Origin: Acetobacteraceae bacterium
GTDB taxonomy: Bacteria; Pseudomonadota; Alphaproteobacteria; Acetobacterales; Acetobacteraceae
Length of the DNA: 64,000 nt
Reading direction: 5' to 3'
NCBI GenBank assembly: GCA_965198995.1
Contig: CBDAQG010000002.1
Coordinates: forward strand, 1,141,232-1,205,231
The notes beneath the pieces were generated by a model, which saw only the letters and a program-made list of their open reading frames with translations, had not been told where the DNA came from and ran no database searches. The position numbers were made by a program, and so were the translations under genes. Positions 34,427 to 44,428 of the stretch are shown here, piece after piece. Numbering within the stretch: the first letter of the stretch is position 1; the number at the start of each line of letters is the position of its first letter.

Positions 34427-35092
34427 TCAGGGCGTTGCCGGCGGGGCGGGCTTGGCGCGGCGGCGCAGGGCGGCCGGCAGGCGGACCAGCAGCGGGGCGA
34501 GGAAGGGCACGGCGAAGGCGGTGGACCAAAGCCAGGGCGTTTTGGTAGGGCGAAATACCGCAAGTCCGATCGACAGGCCGAACACGGCGAGCAGCATCAC
34601 CGCGCCGAGCAGCTCGCCCTGGGCGGTGCGGCGGCGGTGCGCCTCGACCCACAGGCTCAGGTTGAGCAGGGCGATCAAGGTCGCGTGAACGGCGAAGATG
34701 ACGGCGACGCCGGCGGTCAGCGGGCGGTGGCTGGACAGGGTGGTGGCGAGCGGCAGCAGGATGATGAGAAACAGGAACAGCAGGTGCAGCACCGCTTCGT
34801 GGACGCTGACGGTGGTCATCATCGCCAGGCGGCGCTGCTGCGAGACCCAGTAGTTGGCGGCGATGGCAAAGCTCAGCACGACGCTGCCAAGTTGGTCGGA
34901 CAGGCCGGCCAGGATGTTGCCGGCGTCGCCGCTCAGCGTCTGCGCGCGGGGGATCAGGTTGGTGGCGAGCAGGGTCATGGCGACGCCGAACATGGTGTCG
35001 CTGAGGCTCGCCAGGCGGTCGGACTGCAGGTAGGGACGCTGGCGGCGGCGGGGAGCGGGCGGCGAATCGGGTTGTGAGTTCAACGTTATCAA
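34427..35092 (-). CDS. TMEM175 (DUF1211) family putative K+ channel
   Basis: It has DRLASLSDTMFGVAMTLL, the RxxxFSD-type helix-1 signature of TMEM175/DUF1211, and six hydrophobic segments. Confidence 0.75.
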   Translation of the reverse strand: MITLNSQPDSPPAPRRRQRPYLQSDRLASLSDTMFGVAMTLLATNLIPRAQTLSGDAGNILAGLSDQLGSVVLSFAIAANYWVSQQRRLAMMTTVSVHEAVLHLLFLFLIILLPLATTLSSHRPLTAGVAVIFAVHATLIALLNLSLWVEAHRRRTAQGELLGAVMLLAVFGLSIGLAVFRPTKTPWLWSTAFAVPFLAPLLVRLPAALRRRAKPAPPATP

Positions 35093-35197
35093 TGACTTGG
35101 AGAAATCTTGCTAATAGGCAAGATCGCCGGCTCCCCGGCAAGATGCGGCAGCTGGGGTGACCCTATGCGGGGTGGGTGACCGTGCCAAGCGGCGGCT

Positions 35198-35554
35198 TCA
35201 GGAGCCATGCTGGCGGCCGACGCGGAGGAAGTCGTCCTTGATGGCGGCGAGCGTGTCGGCCGGCAGCTCCTCCAGGTTCAGCAGCTCGGAACGGGCCTCT
35301 CGGCTGACGCGGATCAGCTCGTCGAGCTTGACCTGCAGCGAGTCGGTGTCACGATTCTGGGTGTTCTGGATCAGGAACACCATCAGGAAGGTGACGATGG
35401 TGGTGCTGGTGTTGATGACGAGCTGCCAGGTGTCGCTGAAGTGGAAGATCGGGCCGCTGACCGCCCAAAGGACGACGAGCCCGGTTGCGATGGCGAAGGT
35501 GAGCGGCCGGCCGGCGCCGCGGGCGACCTTCTGGGCAAGCTTGTCGAACGTCAT
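35198..35554 (-). CDS. low-affinity iron permease (Fet4-like, PF04120-type) family protein
   Basis: AAGGAGG lies 7 nt upstream of the ATG at 35554. It reads MTFDKLAQKVARGAGRPLTFAIATGLVVLWAVSGPIFHFSDTWQLVINTSTTIVTFLMVFLIQNTQNRD. The track start at 35623 is probably too far upstream. Confidence 0.8.
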   Translation of the reverse strand: MTFDKLAQKVARGAGRPLTFAIATGLVVLWAVSGPIFHFSDTWQLVINTSTTIVTFLMVFLIQNTQNRDTDSLQVKLDELIRVSREARSELLNLEELPADTLAAIKDDFLRVGRQHGS

Positions 35555-35906
35555 GGCGGCACCTCCTTGAGCGACTGCAGTCAGTGGGACACGCTCTGGC
35601 TTCGTCTGATCGAGCAAGCTCATCAGCCTACGGTCGCTTTGCGATCGCCGTCAGGCTGATGCTGCTCGGATGGCAAACGCGGTGCGGCAGGGAAGTTCGC
35701 ACCTCGATGACGAGGCGTGCGGGCCCGCTCGGGTCTCGTGTTCCGCGGTCGATCGGCGGCATGCATGGGCCTGGCGGGTGGCCTGGCAGGCGGCGCTGAT
35801 CACCACCGTCGTGACCGAGGGCGTTCGGCCTGTTCGCGGTGTTCGCGCGCGGCTGGGCCGGTATCTTCAAGGCTGAGGCGTTCAAACCGAAGGCAAGCAC
35901 CTGACT

Positions 35907-37306
35907 TCAGTTGACGGCTGCTACGACGTGGCAGGTGGGATCCATGATGAAGTTGGACGGGCCAGCCGCATCCTGGCCGACCACGTGCACGGTGGCATAA
36001 GCCTCCCGATCATGCACGGCGCGTCGACCGACCCACCATCGTGCCGTCGCTGCGGGCCTGATGATGACGACGCCGGGACTGTTCGGGCCTGCCAGCTGAG
36101 CGTCCAGGGAGCTCAGGAAGGTGCGTTGGCAACGACCGTCTGCGGCGAGCTGCTGCTCCAGGTTGAGGGCGTGCAGCGTCAACAGGATCGTTGCCGCAGC
36201 GGCTAGGAGGCTTGTCGCACGGAGGCGAAATCGGCCATCCGCATCGAGGAGCAGATACGCTGTGGCGGACGACAGCGCGAAGGCCGAGGCATAGAGATAG
36301 TGCGATTGCGGTGTGGGGAGCGACAGCACCGGCAACAGGAAGATGAAGTAGGCGATCAGATAGAGGCCGCCGCAGGCGAGCTTGCGGATTGTGATCGCCG
36401 CGACCACGAGCAGGTGCAGGCCAGCCGCACCCGAGCAGCTCCCAGATTGGCAGGGAGGCGGCTGGAGCAAGCTCGGTTGTCGATATCAGGAACGGGAACG
36501 CGAAGTAGAAAAACGCATTGCGCGGGACGACGATCATGGTCGGACGATAGGCGCCGCCGTGCCCCTGCAGCGTGGCGGCGATGGCCGGCAACCGGAGCGC
36601 CAGGTAGCCCAGCACGGGCAGCGTCGTGAGAGCGCCGATGAGCATCACGCGGCGCCACGCCGCCGCCTTGCGGCGCAACAGGGTCAGAGCGACGACCAGC
36701 GCGATGACGGCCGCCGGCAGGATCACGGCCGTCTCCTTCGACAGGATGGCGCCGGCGCTTGCACAGAGCAGGGCCGCGGCTCTGGGTGCGGTTGGACCGC
36801 GCGCCATGATGGACAGGCTGACGCACGCGGCGATGAGGCCGAAGAGGGCGTACCACTGGTCAAAGCAGGCCGCGATCCACGCTGTGGCGAAGACAGCCAG
36901 CGGCGAGGCGCCGAACAGGATCGCCGCGGCGATGGCGCGCGATCGTTCCGTGCCGGCGCGCTGGAGAAACACCGCGAAGACGCTGGCGATGACCACGTGG
37001 AGAGCGACGCTGACGGCGTGCGGCACGAGGGGAGCCGTCTGCATCCAGCGGCTGAACAGCGCTTGCTGGATGAAGCCGATGGGCCGGACAGGCACGCCGA
37101 AGTTTGCGCCCGCGTAAACTCTGCCGAGCAGCGCGATGGTGTAGCGCAGACCATGGCTCGTCACACGGTCATGGATCCCCCCACTCATCGTGGCTGAAGA
37201 ACCCCGGGTTCGAGAGCGTGGGGACATACAGGGCGGTGATGATCACCGCCAGGACAAGGTAGGTAACGGCACGTGGCGACGCGGATCGTGGGCTGCCGAC
37301 CGACAT
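35907..37306 (-). pseudogene. GT-C-like polytopic membrane (glycosyl)transferase gene interrupted by two single-nucleotide frameshifts
   Basis: Three consecutive reading-frame pieces are visible. The first is 37306-37169 (MSVGSPRS..LVLAVIITALYVPTLSNPGFFSHDEWGDP*). The second is the 37188 frame (..GIHDRVTSHGLRYTIALLG...FPFLISTTELAPAASLPIWELLG). The third is the 36470 frame (AAGLHLLVVAAITIRK...). Removing 1 nt from the C6 run at 37177-37182 and 1 nt near 36430 gives one ORF of 466 codons including the stop (1400-2=1398 nt). Confidence 0.7.
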
Positions 37307-37396
37307 GGAGTGACCGCCTGCTCTCCGCTGGCTGACTGAGATGACCGTTTTTTGGTGCTTTTTTCGGATCAGGAACAGCCTTCCGCACTCCCGCTG

Positions 37397-38491
37397 TCAC
37401 CCTGTCTCCCACAGCCGCCGCGTCGCCGCCGCGTAGATGGCCTGGTCCAGCACCGTGCGCGCCTCGAGCGCGGCGCTGGCGGCGGGAGTGAGAGCGACCG
37501 GGGGTGCCGGGCGGTGGCCCGGATTGTCGCGGTGGTTGGTGTCGGTCTGGTTCAGCCTGGCGACGGCGGCGGGCGCCGGCAGGCCGAGATGGGCGGCGAA
37601 GCGATGCAGGCTGCGCGGCATGTCCTCGGTGAGGCCGACGCAGGGGATGGTGGCGAGGGCGGCCAGGGCGTCGGCAAGGTCGGTTTGCCCGAGGCTGGCG
37701 TGGCCGTGTGCCGGGTAGCGGCCGGTGAGGCGGCGCAGGTAGAAATTGTCGGTGGCGGCGAGGAGTTGCGGGTCGTCGCAGGCCAGGAACTCGAGCAGCG
37801 ACAGGCGCTGGGCGAGGCGGGGCAGGAGGTTTTCCGAGGGTGGACCGAGGGCGTCCGGCGCGACGGAGCGCCAGTAGCGGTAGAGCGAGACCAGGCGGTC
37901 GGCGGGGTCGCGCAGCAGGGTGAGCACCTGGCGGTGCGGGCCGAGGCGGTGCAGCGCCGGCAGGTCGTAGTGGCCCCAGACGAGCGGGTAGCGATCGAGC
38001 GCGGCGGCCTGGCTGGGCGGGAAGGCGGAGAACAGGTCGGGCGGGACGGAGCGTGACGGGTCCGGATCGATCTGCCGTGGGTGGAGGTGGTGGCGGAGCC
38101 AGGCGAGCAGGGAGTGGCCGCCGGTTTTCTCCAGGTGCAGCACGGAGAGCTTGGGGCCGAGCCAGACGGCGCCGCTGATGCCGGCGGCGCTGGCGACGAC
38201 CTGGTCGGCGATGGTGGCGTCGCCGCCGCGGACGATGAGGGCGCGCGCCATGTAGTCGCGGCCGGCGGGCAGGCTGGCGAGGCTGCGCAGCAGCGGCGAG
38301 ACGGTGTCGCCGGCGCGGCAGAAGGCGCGGGCCGAGTAGTGCCGCTCGGCGCGGCTGGGCCAGCGGCCGAGGGCGAGGCGGAGCATCGGCGCGTTGATCG
38401 CGGTCGCCACCGTCCTGAGCGCGAGGGCGCGCGAACCGTTGGCGGCGGCGTGGCGCCAGCCTGGCGGCTTGGCGGATCCGTCGCGATCCAC
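37397..38491 (-). CDS. sulfotransferase family protein (Sulfotransfer_2/3-like)
   Basis: It has VLHLEKTGGHSL (5'-PSB-like P-loop), LLRDPADRLVSLY (3'-PB-like) and NFYLRRL. The start is uncertain (alternative ATG at 38251). Confidence 0.72.
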   Translation of the reverse strand: MDRDGSAKPPGWRHAAANGSRALALRTVATAINAPMLRLALGRWPSRAERHYSARAFCRAGDTVSPLLRSLASLPAGRDYMARALIVRGGDATIADQVVASAAGISGAVWLGPKLSVLHLEKTGGHSLLAWLRHHLHPRQIDPDPSRSVPPDLFSAFPPSQAAALDRYPLVWGHYDLPALHRLGPHRQVLTLLRDPADRLVSLYRYWRSVAPDALGPPSENLLPRLAQRLSLLEFLACDDPQLLAATDNFYLRRLTGRYPAHGHASLGQTDLADALAALATIPCVGLTEDMPRSLHRFAAHLGLPAPAAVARLNQTDTNHRDNPGHRPAPPVALTPAASAALEARTVLDQAIYAAATRRLWETG

Positions 38492-38946
38492 GGTCGACCT
38501 CCTTGGGCGCGATGTTCGCGACGAGTCGTTGTGACGATGGGGTTACAGTCTCTAAAGCAAGGCTCGGGCTGTAAAGCAAGGCTCGGACTGTCAAGCAAGG
38601 CTCGGGCCGGCGCCCGGGCCCGCTGCGCAAGGCAGGCGAGGCTCGCCGCCGTACCCCGTCCAACAGCGCGTCGCGCAGTCGGACCCTGTGGTTCGCCTTG
38701 CCCTCGACCCGACATGCGCCGCGTCAAGGCGCGTGCCGGCCTGAGGCACCGGTCCGCTTCTTTTAAGCTCGATGACCGGATGGCTTGAGCTACGCTTTTG
38801 GCGGACAGACGTTGCCGAAGCCATGGCTTTGGTGGAGTTCAAGCGGCGGAGCGGGCGAAGGTTCCGACTGTGTGAGGCATCGTCGGGACGGGCATGGCGG
38901 GAAGCCCGTTGCCCGCTGTGCAACCTGTGCGGCGGGAGGTGCGCGA

Positions 38947-40437
38947 ATGGCGGGGATGCAGCCGGGTTTGGCAGGGGGCGCGGCGGGGCTGCTGCGGGAC
39001 TACCGGACGGACCTGGTGGTTACGGCGGTGCTGGCGGCGGCGGTGTGGGGCGGCTTCATCGCGCTGCCAGGGCTGCACATCGACGACGAGGTTGCCGCCG
39101 CCTACTACAATGTTGGCGGCAACGTCGCGATGGGGCGGTGGGGCACGTCGCTCGTCCGGCTGCTGCTGATACCCGGGCCGTTCAACGGCTACTTCACCAA
39201 TCTGCTGGCGGTGGCGTTGTTCGCCGCCTCGGGGGTGCTGTTCGCGGCGCTGCTGGAGTTGGCGCCGGCGGAGCGGCTGATGGCGGCAGGGCTGTATGTG
39301 GCGTTTCCGCAGTTCTTCTATCAGGCCGATTTTCATAGCCAGGCGGACGTGGTGCCGCTCGGCTACCTGCTGGCGCTGGCGGCCGGCCTGATCCTGCGGC
39401 CGGGCGTGCGGCGGTGGGGCATCTTGCGGCGGACGCTCGGCGTGCTGTGCCTGACGCTGGCGGTGGCGATCTACCAGTCGATCATCCTGATGCCGGTGAC
39501 GGTGAGCCTGCTGGTGCTGCTGCGGCGGGCAATGCGGGGCGATGCGTGGCGACCGCCGATGCGGCAGGTGGCGGCCGTTACCGGGGCGTCGGTGGTGGCG
39601 CTCGGGGCCTATGCGGCGCTGAGCGCGCTGGCGCTGCGGGTGACCGGCATTGCGCCGACCAGCTCGTATTTCGCCGGGCAGTTCAGCTGGGACAAGCAGC
39701 CGGCGGCGGCGGTGCTGGCGACGATCTGGCGGGTGCTGCGGGGGGTGCCGTCCGGCGGGTCGTATTACGGCGAGAGCCTGTATGCGCTGGTGCTTGTGCC
39801 GGCGCTGACGATGGCCGTGCTGGCGGCTCGGCTCGGGATCGGGCGATGGCTTGTCGTGGCCGGCAGCTTGGCGGTGCTGGTGGTCTCGCCCTACGCGCTG
39901 GTGATCGTGCTCGGGTTTCCAGAGCCGGGGCGAGTTTTCGTCTCAGCGGGGATGGTGTTCGCCGGGGTGTGGGCGATCGGGCTCGGGATGCTCGGGCGGC
40001 GGGCGGCGCTGAGCGGCGTGATCATCGTCGGCGGGTTCGCGCTGGCGGGGATGTTCGTGGTGAGCCGGCTGGAGTTCGCCGACACCATCCAGTGGCAGGC
40101 GGACAACTCGCTCGGCACCCGCATCGTCGGCGACATCTACCGCAAATATGCCGATTTCGACGCCGGGCGGCGGGCGGTGTTCTTCTATGGCGGCTACCAC
40201 CAGCGCAATTTCTGGTCGCGGCCGAACTACAATGCGGGGTCGTTCCTGGACTGGGACGGCGGCAACACCGACCGGATCGACACCTTCCTGACGGTAAGCG
40301 GAATTGCCGATTTCCATGCGCCGACGCATGCGGCGTGGCTGGCGCTGGTGCCGCTGGCGCAGAGCCTGCCGGCCTGGCCGGACCCGGGCTCGATCCTGCT
40401 GCATGGCGACGTGCTGATCGTGCGGCTGGGCCGCTAG
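38947..40437 (+). CDS. polytopic membrane protein with glucosyltransferase (Glucos_trans_II/GtrII-like) domain
   Basis: From the ATG at 38947 it reads MAGMQPGLAGGAAGLLRDYRTDLVVTAVLAAAVWGGF..IDDEVAAAYYNVGGNVAMGRWGTSL.., with about 10 TM segments and a soluble C-terminal domain. The family call is from memory. The track ORF from 38785 overshoots. Confidence 0.6.
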   Translation: MAGMQPGLAGGAAGLLRDYRTDLVVTAVLAAAVWGGFIALPGLHIDDEVAAAYYNVGGNVAMGRWGTSLVRLLLIPGPFNGYFTNLLAVALFAASGVLFAALLELAPAERLMAAGLYVAFPQFFYQADFHSQADVVPLGYLLALAAGLILRPGVRRWGILRRTLGVLCLTLAVAIYQSIILMPVTVSLLVLLRRAMRGDAWRPPMRQVAAVTGASVVALGAYAALSALALRVTGIAPTSSYFAGQFSWDKQPAAAVLATIWRVLRGVPSGGSYYGESLYALVLVPALTMAVLAARLGIGRWLVVAGSLAVLVVSPYALVIVLGFPEPGRVFVSAGMVFAGVWAIGLGMLGRRAALSGVIIVGGFALAGMFVVSRLEFADTIQWQADNSLGTRIVGDIYRKYADFDAGRRAVFFYGGYHQRNFWSRPNYNAGSFLDWDGGNTDRIDTFLTVSGIADFHAPTHAAWLALVPLAQSLPAWPDPGSILLHGDVLIVRLGR

Positions 40438-40531
40438 GGAGGGCGGCGTCGTGGCCGATCACGATGGTGTTGGGGTTGGGCGGGCTGGCCGTGTTGCTGC
40501 ATGATCGGCTCGGATGGGTCAGGAGGTTTGA

Positions 40532-42244
40532 TTGGGCGGCACGGCGAACCCGGCGGGACCGGTGATTTGGATTGATGATGGCGCGGGCACGATCGGCACG
40601 GTCGACGTCGCGACCGACGCGGTGACGGTGATCGGCAATGCGGGGGCGGACCTGACCGACATCGCGTTCAGCCCGACCAACCAGCTCTACGGCATCGATT
40701 TCTACGGGCTTTACAGCATCGACACGGCGACCGGGGCGGCGCGCTCGATCGGCGGGTTCGGCGACGTGCCGCAGCTCAACGGCCTGGTGTTCGGCGCCAA
40801 TGGCACGCTGTACGCCTCGGGCGGGACCGACCTCTACACGATCAACACGGCGACCGGGGCGGCGAGCCTGGTCGGCGACCTGGGGCTCGGTTCGAACTAT
40901 GCCTCGGCCGGCGACCTCGCGTTTGATGGCGGCGCGCTCTACGAGACGGTGGCGACGGCGGCCGGGGCGAGCGACCTTGTGCGCGTGGACCCGGCGAGCG
41001 GGGCGGGCGTCGTGGTCGGGCAGATCACGGGTGATCCCGGGGTGTTCGGGCTGGTGACGGGCTCGAACGGCACGCTCTACGGCATTGACGGGATGAAAAT
41101 CTACGCGGTTGACACGGCGAGCGGCGCCGGGACGCTGGTGGAGAGCTACGCGGGCGGGCTCGGCGCGGCGAACGGGGCGGCGGCGGAGGGCGAGGCGACG
41201 CCGTGCTTCGTGGCGGGAACGCGCATCCTGACGCAGCGCGGCGAGGTGGCGGTGGAGCGGCTCAGGGTGGGCGACCGGGCGGTGGCGTTGCTCGGGCAGG
41301 GGCTGGCGGAGATCCGCTGGCTGGGGCACCGGCGGCTGGACCTGCGGGCGCATGCGGCGCCGGAGACGGTGTGGCCGATCCGCATCCTGGCCGGGGCGTT
41401 CGGCGCCGGACAGCCGCTGCGCGACCTGCGGGTGAGCCCGGGGCATGCGCTCTACGTCGACGGGGTGCTGATCCAGGCGGTGCGGCTGGTGAACGGCGTC
41501 AGCATCGTGCAGGAGGCGGTGGACGCGGTGACCTACTGGCACGTGGAGCTGGAGCGCCACGACGTGCTGCTGGCCGAGGGGCTGGCGGCGGAGAGCTATC
41601 TGGACACCGGCAACCGGGGTGGTTTCGCGCCGGGCGTGGGCGTGGGTGTGGGCGTGGCGGTGGCGTTTGGCCGGGGCGGAGCGGTGCTGGAGCCGCCGGC
41701 GGAGCTGCGGGCCGGGGCGGCGGCGGGCTGCGCGCCGCTGGCGGAGGCCGGGCCGGCGCTGGAGGCGGTGCGGGCGCGGCTGCTCGCGCGGGCGGCGGCG
41801 GCGTTCGGGCTGGCGACGACGGGCGATCCGGACCTGCACGTGCTGGCCGACGGGGTGCGGCTGGAGGCGGCGTCGGTGGTGGAGCGGTGCTACCGGTTCT
41901 GCCTGCCGGCGGGGTGCCGGGAGGTGCGGCTCGGCTCGCTGGTGTGGGTGCCGGGGCAGGTGCTGGCGGGGAGCACGGACACGCGGGCGCTCGGGGTTTG
42001 CGTGCGCGAGCTGCGGCTGGACGGCCGGGTGGTGTCGCTGGGCGAGGTGCCGCTGGGCGAGGTGGGGCTGGGCGAAATGGAGTTGGGCGAGGGTTGGCAG
42101 GCCGTGGAGGCGGAGGCTGGCGGGGCTTGGCGCTGGACCAGCGGGGCGGCGGCGCTGCCGGCGGGGGTGCGCGAGGTGGTGGTGCAGCTCGACGGTGCGG
42201 GCTGCTACCGGGTGGAGGCTGGGATGGCGCGTGAGGCCGCCTAG
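40532..42244 (+). CDS. Hint (Hedgehog/intein-like, Hint_2) domain protein with N-terminal beta-propeller-like repeats
   Basis: It starts with TTG. The first 215 or so aa show five to six repeats of the LYGID / [15 protein letters not shown] / [15 protein letters not shown] / [22 protein letters not shown] type. Then comes [31 protein letters not shown]...[35 protein letters not shown], the alphaproteobacterial Hint_2 signature. Confidence 0.85.
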   Translation: MGGTANPAGPVIWIDDGAGTIGTVDVATDAVTVIGNAGADLTDIAFSPTNQLYGIDFYGLYSIDTATGAARSIGGFGDVPQLNGLVFGANGTLYASGGTDLYTINTATGAASLVGDLGLGSNYASAGDLAFDGGALYETVATAAGASDLVRVDPASGAGVVVGQITGDPGVFGLVTGSNGTLYGIDGMKIYAVDTASGAGTLVESYAGGLGAANGAAAEGEATPCFVAGTRILTQRGEVAVERLRVGDRAVALLGQGLAEIRWLGHRRLDLRAHAAPETVWPIRILAGAFGAGQPLRDLRVSPGHALYVDGVLIQAVRLVNGVSIVQEAVDAVTYWHVELERHDVLLAEGLAAESYLDTGNRGGFAPGVGVGVGVAVAFGRGGAVLEPPAELRAGAAAGCAPLAEAGPALEAVRARLLARAAAAFGLATTGDPDLHVLADGVRLEAASVVERCYRFCLPAGCREVRLGSLVWVPGQVLAGSTDTRALGVCVRELRLDGRVVSLGEVPLGEVGLGEMELGEGWQAVEAEAGGAWRWTSGAAALPAGVREVVVQLDGAGCYRVEAGMAREAA

Positions 42245-42298
42245 GCTGGACGGCTTTGGCGTCGTAGGTGGTTGCCTGCGGGCGGGCCAGGGGGTGTT

Positions 42299-42661
42299 TC
42301 AGGGGGCGGCGATGAGGGGCGGGGTTTGCTGGTGCTGGACGACGCGCCACTCGTCATGGGCGAGGCGGCGGTAGGTCGAGGTGCAGTGGGCGGCATACGG
42401 GGTGATGCCGTCGCGCTCGGCGTGGGCGTGGTAGGCGATGACGATGAGGCCCTCCTGCGGGCGGCTGACCTGGCGGGCTGAGAGCTCGACGCGGGACCAG
42501 CGCGGGGTGGCGGCGACGGCCTCGACCGCTTGCCGGCCGGCGTGGACGAAGGGCGGCTCGGGCAGCACCATCAGGCAGTCGTCGTCGACCAGGTCGCGGT
42601 CGTGCTGGGCGTCGCCGAGCCACAGGCTTTCCTCGAACGCCCATACGCGCGTGTCATCCAT
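42299..42661 (-). CDS. SnoaL-like/DUF4440 (NTF2 fold) protein
   Basis: From the ATG at 42661 it reads MDDTRVWAFEESLWLGD..DDCLMVLPEPPFVHAGRQAVEAVA..IVIAYHAHAERDG..YAAHCTSTYRR..WRVVQHQQTP. The upstream part of the track ORF is Pro/Arg-rich shadow. Confidence 0.6.
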   Translation of the reverse strand: MDDTRVWAFEESLWLGDAQHDRDLVDDDCLMVLPEPPFVHAGRQAVEAVAATPRWSRVELSARQVSRPQEGLIVIAYHAHAERDGITPYAAHCTSTYRRLAHDEWRVVQHQQTPPLIAAP

Positions 42662-42957
42662 CCGGGTGGTCCTTTGCCGTTCGGAGAGCAGCGCGGGACG
42701 GGGGCTCGGAGTTCGCGGGTGAGGCGTGCGGGTTCGCGGCCGGGCTGGCGTCCCGCGCCTGCGGGGTGGGGGCCGGTGTGAGGGCTTGGGCGGATGACGC
42801 CGGGGCATGTGGGGAGCGGGGTCGGCGGCGCTGGGCGCGCGGGGGCGGCGCAGACGAGGTCTGCCGAGGCTCGGCGTGGTGCTTGGGGTGAGGGCGGTTC
42901 ACTCGGTGATGTCGCTGTGGGTGGCGATGCGGCGGGCGCGCTGATGGCGATTGGGAG

Positions 42958-43365
42958 GTGGTGATGGAGATTACGCGGGCAGGGTCGCAGGCGTCGGCGG
43001 TGGGGCCGGCGGCGTGGTTTACCGGGACGGTGAGGATTGATCCGTTGTTCAGCCCTCCTGCGCCGGCCAGGGTGGCGATGGCGCTGGTGACGTTTGAGCC
43101 GGGGGCGCGGACGGCGTGGCACACGCACCCGCTCGGGCAGACGCTGATCGTGACGGCGGGATGCGGGTTGGCGCAGCGGGAGGGTTCGGCGGTGGAGGTG
43201 ATCCGGCCGGGGGATGTGGTGTGGTTCGGGCCGGGGGAGAAGCACTGGCATGGGGCGGGGGTGGCGACGGCGATGAGCCACATTGCGGTTCAGGAGAAGC
43301 TGGATGGGTCGCCGGTGGATTGGCTGGAGCAGGTGAGCGAGGCGGAGTATCGGGCGGGGCGGTGA
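42958..43365 (+). CDS. cupin domain protein (intact copy)
   Basis: It has [61 protein letters not shown], the two cupin His motifs. The ORF is 135 aa. Confidence 0.85.
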   Translation: MVMEITRAGSQASAVGPAAWFTGTVRIDPLFSPPAPARVAMALVTFEPGARTAWHTHPLGQTLIVTAGCGLAQREGSAVEVIRPGDVVWFGPGEKHWHGAGVATAMSHIAVQEKLDGSPVDWLEQVSEAEYRAGR

Positions 43366-43576
43366 TCTTGGCTTCGGACTTGGTCTTCTTGAGGCAGTCT
43401 TAGGAACAGGCGTTCAGAAGAGTGCCGGATCGTTGGGCATCCACTCCTCTGGCGGTGCCATGAGCAGCCCGTCGTCCAGCGGCGGGTCGCCGAGTTGCTG
43501 CGCCTTCATTGGACGCCTCCGTGGGGAGCAGAGGGGCCGCGGCTTGGCCCGATCGGATGGGGGTGACGCCGCCGGT

Positions 43577-44326
43577 TCAGCTGTCGCCGACGCGCTGGAT
43601 GGCCGCTGAGGTCAGGGCTCCGGCGCTGCCCATGGCTTCCATCGGCAGGGCCATAACGATGACGGAGTTTTTCTCGACGCCAACTTCGGCGATGGTTTGC
43701 AGTCGGCGCAGCTCGAGGGCGCCGGGGCTGCCGGCGATGAGGTCGGCGGCTTCGCGGAGCTTTTGGGCGGCTTCGAACTCGCCTTTGGCCTTGATGACGC
43801 GGGCGGATTTCTCACGCGCGGCCTCGGCGACGCGGGCCATGGCGCGCTGCATGTTCTCGGGGATATCGATGTCCTTGATCTCGATGCGCTCGACCTCGAC
43901 GCCCCAGGTGGACGTGACGCTGGCGAGCACGTCGCGGACGGCGGCGTTGATGTCCGAGCGGCCGCGCAGGATGGCCTCCAGGGTTGTTTGGCCGACGACG
44001 TCGCGTATGGCGGTTTCGGCGGCTTGCTGGACGGAGAACTGCCAGTTCTCGACCTCGACGATGGCGCGCTGGGCGTCAACGATCTCGTACCAGGCGACGA
44101 AGTTGAGTTTCAGGGTGAGGCCGTCGCTGGTGACCATCTCCTGGGCGGGGAAGGCGAGGGCGGCGCGATCGACAAAGGGCAATCGCCAGAACAGGCCTGC
44201 GCCCTTGATGCCGGCGGAGCGGCCGATGCGGAAGATCGCGGCGCGCTGGTATTCCTGATTGAGGCGGAAGCGGGTGAGCGCGTCGCTGCCGAGGAGCAGC
44301 ACGATCAGAACGATAGAAGCGGCCAC
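43577..44326 (-). CDS. SPFH/band-7 (stomatin-like) protein
   Basis: An N-terminal TM is followed by EYQRAAIFRIGR..GLFWRLPFVD, LREAADLIAGSPGALELRRLQT, and the coiled-coil AMARVAEAAREKSARVIKAKGEFEAAQKL. Confidence 0.9.
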   Translation of the reverse strand: MAASIVLIVLLLGSDALTRFRLNQEYQRAAIFRIGRSAGIKGAGLFWRLPFVDRAALAFPAQEMVTSDGLTLKLNFVAWYEIVDAQRAIVEVENWQFSVQQAAETAIRDVVGQTTLEAILRGRSDINAAVRDVLASVTSTWGVEVERIEIKDIDIPENMQRAMARVAEAAREKSARVIKAKGEFEAAQKLREAADLIAGSPGALELRRLQTIAEVGVEKNSVIVMALPMEAMGSAGALTSAAIQRVGDS

Positions 44327-44428
44327 AGCGCACCCCTTACAACTCAGGGTTACAAGGCCCCGACGGTCTTGGGCGGGTCAAGGGCGGTGTTGCTCGGCGC
44401 GCTGGCCTGTTCTGCTTGGGGTGAGACG

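Noticed and set aside
41170-41640. Reading the Hint domain as an intein inserted in a host gene.
   Set aside because: The flanking regions do not form a recognisable split host protein. The C-terminal block lacks the HN/Cys-Ser-Thr +1 splice junction. The sequence matches the non-splicing bacterial Hint_2 type instead.
43411-43506. A 31-codon minus-strand ORF (MKAQQLGDPPLDDGLLMAPPEEWMPNDPALF*) downstream of the SPFH gene, considered as a possible NfeD-like partner.
   Set aside because: It has no TM segment or NfeD features, no obvious ribosome-binding site, and is too short to evaluate.
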